A stretch of 58,598 nt of DNA, the filler included, from Dirinaria sp. TL-2023a (lineage: Eukaryota), in NCBI GenBank assembly GCA_051941275.1. It is 3 parts of 3 records of this genome, joined end to end, with 100 filler letters (N's around TTAATTAATTAA, not from the genome) between each part and the next. Parts side by side here need not be neighbours in the genome. Positions count along the whole stretch, not along the records: positions 39,147 to 58,598 come from JAVEBF010000334.1; 2 more parts are not named here. The stretch is one strand, 5' to 3'. The translations under genes and the position numbers were made by a program. Shown one piece after another: positions 49,055-58,598 of this stretch; within the stretch, counting starts at the first letter, position 1; every line of letters starts with the position of its first letter. A model generated the notes under the pieces. It was not told where the DNA came from. It did no database searches and worked only from the letters and a program-made list of their open reading frames with translations.

Positions 49055-50999
49055 CTATGAAGCAACCACCCTCGGCCTGAAGTGGAGCAGTGGACCGTCT
49101 CTGGCAGCTGTGACATGGTCCTTGAGCTGGAACTCGTTGGGACGATGCCTGCCCCATTCGGCGTTGGCGTTGCCACCGGCCGAATCTCCAATCGCCATCT
49201 TGAAGTCCAGAGTCCACAGAACCGTAGCCATCGTCAGCATCATCTCTGTGAGCGCCATACCCTTGCCAATGCAGCCTCTGGGCCCCATCGAGAACGGTGT
49301 GAAAGCGCTCGAAGCCAACGCTACCGAGTCTTTCGTCGAGCCTTGCTCGCCTACAAGCCAGCGCTCGGGAGAAAACGTGAATGGGTCGGAGAAATATGCC
49401 GGGTGATGCTGGATGCTGTATATAGGGACTCCAACATCGCAGCCTGCAGGTACATATTCACCATCGACGACCGCGCCGCCCTCTTGGACTTCCCGTGCTA
49501 GCGAACTTCCTACTGAAGGCGACATGCGCATCGTTTCGTCGACACAGGCGCGCAGAAATTTGCAAGAGTTCAACGTGGGTCCGATATGAATATCGTCCGC
49601 TGTCTGAAAGGCATTACGGACTTCAACCGCTGCACGCTCGTAGGCAGCTGGATTCCGGCTAAGGTAGAAGAATAAACCTGTCGTAGCTGTGGCAACAGTA
49701 TCGGCACCTGCAGAGATTTGTTACCGGTGAACCGACCAAAGAGAAATGCAGAGCAACGTACCAGCAACCACTAAAGTGGTACTTTCGGCAATGATTTCTT
49801 CTTGAGTAAAGCCGGAGCCAGTCTCAGGGTCCTTGGCGGTAGACAAAGTTGCGAAAAGATCTTTTTTGCCTGAGCGATCGGCTCTGCGAATGTCCCTGAG
49901 CAATTTGCCGACAAAACCGATGAAGATATCTCGTGCGATAATTGCCTTGGGGAATAGCATCTTATCGATTCTGCAAAACTTCAAGCCGGGAGCTTGCAGA
50001 ACAGCACTGACTCGGACATTTGAAGCTTCGATTGCGCTGGGCACGTATCGGTAAGTTTGCCTTTCCAAGAGGTTGTATTTTCCACCAAAGATGAGTTCAG
50101 CCATGATATCGAAGGCGAGGTAGTTGCCTGCATTACCACTCTCGTCAGCTACAATACTTTCACGACATTAATTCTCAAGCATCTGAGCGTATGACTTACA
50201 CCACTGCGACATGTTTCGCGCAGGCTGCCATGTGTTAGAGCTAGCAGAATCCTTCTCCTCTTCGACCGTTTGGAGCAGTCGTTTGCAGAACCTTTGGACG
50301 ATGGTCACCATAGAAGTCTCGTAGTTCCGCATCGCTGAGTCTGAAAACCCTTGGCTGACGACTCTACGGCGTCGGCCGTGCTCCTTGGGGTCTGAAATGG
50401 TGAGTGTATTCAGAGCCTGGTGCACCATTGTGCTATAGTTCTTGCTTTTGCGGAAATTTTTTCCTTGGGTATAAATATCTGCAGGAATGTTAAGACACGT
50501 CTGGTTTAGAGGAACTATCACGCTCACCTTTTAGACCGGCAGTAGAGTTGACGTTCAAACGATTGGGGGCATAGCGAACGAATTTCCCTATGTCGAGTTA
50601 ACAGAAGATACATTAACCTTATTTGCTGGGTCTAATGTCCTCGTACCATATTTCTCGTGGCATCTCCACATATCGAGGTGAATATCACCCTTCCAAGCAT
50701 GATACGCGGCGTAAAGGTCAGTGAACCTCGCTAGAAACGGTCCTGGATATTTGGCCAGAGGATGAAAAACAGCATTATAAACAGCTATACAGAAGAACTA
50801 GACAGAGAACATCAGTCAGTATATGTGCCTCCATCTTCGACTGGCAATAGATTATGACCCAGGTTTATTTGGATCTTGACTGAGGACGTACATAGGCACA
50901 GGAAGCCCCAACAAGCCGAAGAGCGAACTTCAAAACGAAGGGGCTGATGGTAAAAAGCAGCCCACTGTGGGCGAGAGTGATGTCAATAGTTTTATCCAT
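49055..50999 (-). CDS. Cytochrome P450 monooxygenase (multi-exon)
   Basis: N-terminal TM then [11 protein letters not shown]-helix [12 protein letters not shown] (ExxR), PERW, heme motif [10 protein letters not shown]. Confidence 0.95.
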
Positions 51000-53256
51000 A
51001 GCTTCAACAATAGATAAGTATGAGACTATCAGCTGGAACGAGACTGTTGACTTGAATGAGACTCGAGCTTCACCCTGCAGGGAGCTCGCCCTATATCTAC
51101 GCGCTGCACACAATAGCTTCTTCTCTCCTTAGCCAATATTCTTCAGCCATCTTGTGATCTCCAGTCCAGGCTGAGTCACGGATGGCTGAGACGTCCCTGC
51201 GATGACACTGAGAGATTCAAAGGATGAGATCCACTATGCTTCAGCATCCTGTTTAATTAGACCACAGCCTGATGGGCTTGCTTCGTATTCACAACAAATG
51301 ATGGGCTATACCGCAGCAAGGGTAAGCACTGCGATAAAAATTTGCTTCAAGGGATAAAGCTGACTGGGTGTAGATGTCTGTTGCATGATAAATTTAACCT
51401 CGGCCATCTTTAACGGGGGTTCCTAAGCGCGTTTCAACGCGACTAATTGCCTGAATGGGGCGGAGCAAGACACTGCAGGAACTTCCAAAGGCTAGTGACT
51501 GTGAGAGCATTACACGCTCCGTTCGTGATCAGGGTGTTGCGGTGAACTGGCTCTGAAAGTGGTTTTTTGAGTGGAAATATTGCCCATTCTCATATTACGT
51601 GCGTCAATTGGTTACGACGAGAAAATGATGCTCGGTGAGTTCGACTAACGTGGCTAATGACCGCATTAGAGTTATGGTCAGCTTGACCCTGGGAGAGTGT
51701 GGACGGTCTAGAGCATCATGTTCGAGGTCCTCTAGTCGAGTTCAGTGAGATGGAGTAAGATAATCTTCGGCTAGATGCTGAATCGGGTCCTAAAAACCTC
51801 CAAATGGGCTGGGAATCAGTTCCTGAAGGGGCTACTAACATCCGAACTGTGTATAACTTCGGATCTATAGGACGCGGATGGGGCTGCAAGATCCATTGAG
51901 AGCTGTCGTTGTTAGGCTGAGCTGCATGTAAGCGAAGCCACTCTGCTACTCAGACCGTCAATATTATCTCCTAGCTTAGAAAACATGCTCCCTAATGTTT
52001 ACCACTGCAACGACTTGAGCTCCTGTGCTTTGACAACGTCTCACTTTTATCGTGATGCTGCTGGACAATTTTGAGGCCAGCAAATGTCATACGCGTTACG
52101 GAGAAGGTAAATCTCAGGAGCTTCGCTAGCTTCTCATGAGGATTGAGCTTCCAGAGTTCCAAGCTTCGGTCCTACAACGCATGAATCTGTCTACCAGGTT
52201 TTCTTAGACCAAGGATTATTCAGGGAGATCTGAGGTGCATGAACCAGAACATCTGATCCTCCAGATGTGTGAGATCTCGAGTCTCCAGTATTTTTAGCTG
52301 TCTCATTATTGGGTGTTGGGCGAAGCAAGGAACGGTCCAGGCGCTAGACGCGGCTACCTGACCTACATGCCCGTACTGTACCTTACTGAAGGATGCTAAG
52401 AGGCTGATGATGATATATTAAGCGAAGCCTTGGCGTCAGGGGTAGGCAGGGTGGCTCGCCTGCTCTGCCGGGTTCCGGCCTGGTGAGTGGTGAGTGGTGG
52501 ACTGGTGGGGGCCCGAGGGAGCCGCAAGCTACAAGCCCAGGGGCCCAAATAAAGTAAGGTCCCTTACCCTAAGATACCCTAGGTAAGGTACATGTATGTA
52601 GGATGAAACAACGGCTGTTGAACTGTTGGCCCTCCAAATAGTCGCCTGAATAATTTTAGCTTGTCCTCGTTAGTCCTTCTTGCTTCGCCGTTCTTCACCG
52701 GTACAACCTCGAACGTGCAACAGCCTACTGCAGTGCCACCGGAGGAATGTTCCTCACAGACACGCCAAATGCAGGTACAGAATTATCCTGGGCCTGTAGG
52801 GCTACCCTCTCGTGCGCTCATCCCTGGGTATTTTGCACCTTTTAGATCTGACACAGCCATGGGACATGCTTCAGCTCGCTGGTCGACCTGCTTGCACATG
52901 GCTGACAGGGTATTCATGGCCAATGGTCAAAGAGCTCGTGTCAGATCATCTTATTACATTGCAGGGGCTAGAGATTCGCTCAATAGTCAATATCTGGAAC
53001 TTATTCTTTCTAAGCCTGGGCCCGTCATAAGCCCTGGCGTAGTGTAATCTTGGATATGTTATATCTCTGTGTCCGACTGCAACCGAGTTCGAGTATCCAA
53101 TTGCTACTTGTAACTCCTGTACAAGCGACTTCCTTTGGTATATTTGTCAAGGTAAATCACAGTCACAAGTCGAATTGATCAACAGCATCAGTGCAACTTC
53201 TATACTATTTCTTGACCGATACCCTAAACGCTTGGATTAGTAGCAATCACTTCGCA
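51000..53256. promoter_or_regulatory. Divergent intergenic region shared by the P450 and FAS-alpha genes
   Basis: Head-to-head arrangement; TGAGTCA at 51172-51178; AGGTA/TACCT-rich patch at 52554-52590; no credible CDS. Confidence 0.55.
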
Positions 53257-56200
53257 ATGGCAGCCGGGATGTGCTCCGAAAAGGACCAGGAGCTCTCGCA
53301 TATCTTACTCGTCGAGCTACTTGCGTTGGTGTCCCATGGCAATGCTATTCGAAGCACCTACTGATAACATTGAATGACAGGCATCAATTCTGTTTCCCAG
53401 TAAGATGGTAAGTCGCTTCCTCAAAGATAATCAATGGCTTTACTGATGAGTATTTACTAGGATCGAAACGCAAGACTTCATGCTTTCGGAATATCAAACC
53501 GAGAGGGTGATCGAGATCGGACCTACAGATACATTGACAAACATGATGAAGCGTACAAGAGATCTCAAGTATCGAAGGCGTGACACTGCCAATTCCATCG
53601 ATCGGCGTTTCTTCTCATCGAGGCGCGATAAACACCACATATACCACACTGCAGACGCTTCTCCCAAAGCCTCGAAAAGCGCAGCCAGCACTCACACTTC
53701 GGCGGGCAGAAATCAAAAACCAGTGACCCCAGTTGCACGCGAAGTGCATGAACCAGAATCGATGAAGGTTGTCCCAGTGGTACAAATGCCTACTGCTGCA
53801 GTCATCCCACAGTCAGATCCAGCATCAGCAGTATCGCTTGTACCTGCAACTGCTATTCCAGTGATAAAGACGAGGAAATCAGTCTCCGATGAGCCCATCA
53901 AAGCCACAGAAGTGGTGCGAGCTGTCATCTCTTGTAGCTTGAAGAAAGCTCCGACGGAAATATCCTTCAGCAGCACCGTCAAAGGACTTGCAGGAGGTCA
54001 GTTGTCTCATATGAGTTTTACAAAAATACAGTTGACTAAAAAATTTCGCAGGGAGATCTACGATTCAAAACGAGATTGTTGGTGATCTGGATACAGAGTT
54101 TGGCTCACTTCCTGAAAGTTCAGAAGATGTCCCACTTGAAGATCTCTGTGCTGCGGTCCAAAATTCTTTCAACGGCAAGCTTGGCCGCCGATCCAAATCC
54201 CTAATCGAAAAAATGATTGCCTCGAAAATGCCGGGAAGCTTCAACATTACCACTGTCCGGGAGTACCTGAGTAGCGAATGGGGCTTTGGCCCCGGTCGAC
54301 AGGATGGCATCCTCTTATCGGCAATCGCTGTTCAACCGAGTTCCAGGTTAAGCACCGACAACCTCGCAAAAGACTTCTGGACTGGAGTGGTCGAGAAATA
54401 TGTCGTAGACCAGAAGATCACCCTGAGCACTCCAACTAATGATTCGCCAGCCGGATCCAATGGTGGCATCGTCATGGATACGAAGGCAGTTGAAGCCCTA
54501 CAGCGAGAGCAAAAAGCTATTCACCACCAGATACTGGCTCTTTACGCAAAGCAATTGGATATTGACCTCGACTCGGGAAATGGAGAGGTCCTCAAGTTGG
54601 GACAGAGGCTTGGCGAAATTCAAGCTGACCTCGATCTGTGGAATCTGGAACATGGAGCAGAATACGCGAAAGGCATAAAGCCGATTTTTGACTCGAGAAA
54701 GGCAAGGTGCTACGACTCGTCCTGGAATTGGGCTTTGCAAGACCTTTTAATATCTTTCCATGGGCTCGTTGGAGGGTCCCTTGCAAATGAAGATGAGCAG
54801 GTTCAGCGTACACTCCGTCTGCAAAACCGCTCGAGCTCTAGACTCATCGGTATGATGAAATACCTCCAGAGAAAACGCCTATCAGCAGTTCCGAATAACA
54901 AGACGACTGCCGATGAGTGGCTTTCAGGCCTGATCGAAAGTTGCACCGCTGCGCTAAATCAACAGCCAGTGATGAAAAGCCTTGCCCTACCAAAGGCTCC
55001 TCATACAATAATCGAAGAAAGTGGACTGGTGCGATACACCGAGTCCCCGAGGCCCCAAGCGAGGAAGCTTGACGCGTTTGCGATCGAGAAATCCGAAGCT
55101 TCTGTGGTAGTCATATCCGAGTGGCTCGACAGCGATGACTCTACCGCTACTGCGAGTAGTACTTCGTCCGATAACGTGAAAGTCCAGTGCGAATACTTTC
55201 TCCACATTCAGAGAAAAGAGTCTGGCTTTTGGCGGGCTTGCAGATCGCTCACTGAGCGGTACCTAGATATCCTAGATCTATCCAAATCCAAGGGTATCTC
55301 ATTTGCAAACAAGAACGTACTCCTTACCGGAGCCGGCCAAGGATCTATCGGCGCAGAAATACTCCAGGGTCTATTGAGTGGTGGTGCTCGTGTGATAGTC
55401 ACGACAAGTTCTTATTCGACGAAAGTCACGGCGCACTATCAGTCAATCTTTACTCAATTCGGCTCCCGAGACTCACAACTAATGGTGCTTCCCTTTAATC
55501 AAGCAAGTCAGCAAGACGTTGAAGCACTTGTCGCTTATATCTACAGCATTGGTGATAATGATTGGGACCTCGACCATATTGTTCCGTTCGCGGCGATTCC
55601 AGAACATACCACTGGGATCGATGACATCAATTCTCGCGCTGAACTCGCGCATCGGCTCATGCTCACCAACACTCTGCGACTGTTGGGAGCTGTCAAGCGA
55701 CAAAAAGAACAGCGTAAGATCAGAACCAGACCTGCACAAGTGATCTTGCCGTTCTCTCCAAACCACGGAATCTTTGGTAACGATGGACTCTATGCAGAAA
55801 GCAAAATGGGTCTGGAAGCGCTACTGGAGAAGTGGCGCTCCGAAGACTGGGCTGACTACCTCTCCATTTGTGGGGCAGTGATCGGTTGGACCCGTGGTAC
55901 AGCTCTTATGGCCGACAATGATCTTGTTTCAGAAGGCATCGAAAGACTTGGAGCAAACACGTTCTCGCAACAAGAGATGGCTTCCTTCATCTTGGGCCTG
56001 ATGACGTCGGATGTTCTGGAAATGTCGCAGATCGAACCAATACTGGCTGATCTGAGTGGTGGTCTTAATATGATGCCTGACTTGAAGGAGCAAATCGGTC
56101 AAATCAGAAAAGACATCGCAGAAATCAGCTCCTTCCGACGGATCAAGGCTGCGGAGAACGATGCTGAAGCGACCAACCCCGCCGTTGTCAAGAAGTCAAG

Positions 56201-58475
56201 CCGAGCTAGCTCTTTCACGCCCCGTGCAAACATCAAACTTCCCTTCCCAAGGCTACCAGATGCACGTACTGAACTTGGTCCGCTGTCTTCTCTCAATGGC
56301 ATGATTGACTTAGACCGAGTGGTGGTGGTGACTGGATTTGCTGAATTAGGTCCGTACGGGAACTCGCGGACCAGATGGGAAATGGAAGCACACGGCAAGT
56401 TTTCTTTGGAAGGTTGCATCGAGATGGCATGGATCATGGGTCTCATCGAACACCGAGCAATTGAGAGCAAATCATACGTTGGATGGGTCGACAAGAAATC
56501 TGGAGAGCCTATTAACGATATGGATGTCAAAGAACGATATGAGCAATTCATCCTCGATCATACAGGTGTGCGTGTCATTGAGCCCCGCCAGCTCGATGGG
56601 ACGAATCCAGGGACAAAGCAGTTCCTTCATGAAGTTGAAGTTCAAGAGGACTTGGCCCCGTTCGAGGCACCGAAAGAAACCGTGCAAGACCTTCAAAGGG
56701 AGCATGGGGACAAAGTCAAAGTGTCTGAGATCGAAGGCTCGGATCAGTTCCGCATCACTCTCAAAAAAGGCGCTCGTCTCCTGATTCCAAAAGCGCTCAC
56801 ATTCGATCGAACCGTTGGTGGACAGATTCCTACGGGATGGTGTGCACGAACATATGGCATTTCCGAAGAAATCTGCAACCAAGTGGACCCCGCGACCTTG
56901 TACGCATTGGTTTGCAGCGCCGAGGCACTGATCTCGGCTGGGATAACCGATCCATACGAGTTCTACAAGTACATCCACGTTTCTGAACTTGGCACCTGCG
57001 TAGGATCCGGCTTCGGTGGAGCCGCTTCCCTTCAAGGCATTTTTAAGGAGCGTTTCCTTGACCAGTCGGTCCAGAAGGACGTCCTCGCAGAATCCTTCAT
57101 CAACACTGGAAGTGCTTGGATCAATATGCTTTTACTGTCATCAGCCGGCCCCAACATCACCCCGGTCGGCGCATGTGCAACGGCGCTCGAGTCGATGGAT
57201 GTGGGATATGAGTCTATCGTTAGCGGCAAAGCCAAAGCAGTCTTGGTGGGAGGCTATGATTATCTTGCCAAAGATGTCTCATACGAATTTGCCAATATGA
57301 AGGCAACAAACAATGCTGCCGACGACATGGCTTGCGGGAGGAGTCCGAAAGAAATGTCTCGTCCTGCTACGTCTACACGAAGCGGCTTCGTCGAGGCTGA
57401 AGGAGCTGGAGTTCAGGTTCTAACAACCGCTAGTTTGGCTTTGGAGATGGGACTGCCGATACACGGCGTGATTGCTTTGACCAGAACAGCGAGCGACAAG
57501 GCTGGCAGGTCCCTTCCTGCGCCTGGTCGGGGCATTCTCACCACGAGCGGCGAAGTGCATTCCAAGTTCGACTCCCCACTGCTGAAACTCGAACACCGGC
57601 GCCGCTGCATGGATCTCCGCATGAAACAGATCAAGGAAACAGAAGCCTCGGAGCTATCATTCCTAGAAGCAGAAATCTCATCCTACAAATCCGGCGACTC
57701 TGCAAACTCAGACCCGTCCTTCGATGTCGCCGAATATCAGGCTCACCGCACATCTGCCATCCTCGCAGACAGCTCTCGTCAAGAGCATGAAGTTCGCAAC
57801 ACCTACGGCAACGAATTCTGGAAGCGTGACCCGCGCATCTCCCCAATCCGAGGTGCCTTGGCCACGTGGGGGCTCACAATCGACGACCTGGACGTCGCAT
57901 CCTTCCACGGCACATCCACTGTCAAAAACGAACTCAACGAATCGGAAGTGATCAACACGCAACTATCCCAATTAGGGCGGAGCGAAGGAAACCCGATCAT
58001 CGGGGTATTCCAGAAATACCTAACCGGCCACCCGAAGGGGGCCGCAGGCGCCTGGATGATGAACGGGTGCCTGCAGATCCTCGACTCGGGACTCATCCCG
58101 GGCAACCGGAACGCGGATAACATCGACGCCCAACTCGCGCAGCACGAAAACATCGTGTTCCCGAACCAAAACATCCAGACGGCCGCCGACATCAAGGCGT
58201 TCTCGGTCACGTCGTTCGGGTTCGGGCAGAAAGGCGCGCAGGCGATCGGCGTGCACCCGAAGTACCTCTTCGCGACCCTCGATCCGCACCGGTATCAGAG
58301 TTATTGCCAGAAGGTCCAACGGAGGCAGAAGAAGGCGTATCAGTTTTTCCATCGTGGGTTGCTGAATAAGACCATGTTCCGCGCGAAGGAGGCGCCGCCT
58401 TATAGTAAAGAGGAGGAGACGGCGTTTTTGTCCGATCCGAGTCGGAGGATTCCCATGGAGCGAAAGTTGGATTAG
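53257..58475 (+). CDS. FAS2: Fungal type I fatty acid synthase alpha subunit, secondary-metabolism-type paralogue (MPT C-terminal part-ACP-KR-KS, no PPT); exons 53257-53324, 53381-53407, 53461-53996, 54052-58475
   Basis: ELSHILLVELLA|HQFCFPVRW|IETQD, IEIGP; ACP GGRSTIQNE; KR TGAGQGSIG and YAESK; KS PVGACAT, SFHGTST, TGHPKGAA, SFGFGQKG; stops at DPSRRIPMERKLD*. Confidence 0.95.
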
Positions 58476-58598
58476 GATATGGCTGCCAGGGACTTTTCTT
58501 TTACTTTCTTTTTGGGTTTATAAGTCGCTATTTCGCATAAGATGGGGGAAATCGCATGGCATGGCATTTGCAAGACATTTCAGCGCGTTGTGTATGAT

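Noticed and set aside
52661..53047. 128-aa ORF between the P450 and FAS-alpha genes
   Set aside because: TTG start, no recognisable domain, lies in the FAS promoter region.
903..58352. Many 60-220-aa antisense or alternate-frame ORFs overlapping the called genes (e.g. 4257-4709, 20310-20969, 56472-57035)
   Set aside because: Shadow ORFs of GC-rich coding sequence; no motifs, and many start at GTG/TTG.
1..58598. Transposons, tRNA, rRNA, telomeric arrays
   Set aside because: No transposase or reverse-transcriptase motifs, LTR/TIR pairs, cloverleafs or TTAGGG arrays noticed by eye; the only rRNA-like 13-mer is the snoRNA guide.

Overview
Intron-rich genomic DNA from a filamentous ascomycete (Pezizomycotina; species not determinable). 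The window is three contigs joined by artificial 100-bp spacers (N44-TTAATTAATTAA-N44 at 19495-19594 and 39047-39146), so adjacency across the spacers is unproven. Contig 1 holds housekeeping genes: BRE1, BDP1, a SARAF-like gene, eEF1B-gamma with an intronic box C/D snoRNA (snR38-type), mitochondrial uS9, a Gln-rich conserved protein and calcineurin B. Contig 2 holds a small membrane protein, a Zn2Cys6 transcription factor, an orphan repeat ORF, an FMP42-like MFS transporter, a FYVE-RING (Pib1-like) ligase, an ML-like/TRP (FLC-family) membrane protein and a His/Arg-rich ORF. Contig 3 is part of a secondary-metabolite cluster: RTA1-like exporter, ABCC transporter, cytochrome P450 and a fatty-acid synthase alpha subunit lacking the PPT domain. 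This gene set resembles the aspercryptin-type lipopeptide cluster and is the best candidate for an undescribed system. Exon boundaries were read by eye from GT/AG and branch signals, and family calls rest on recalled motifs, not database searches.
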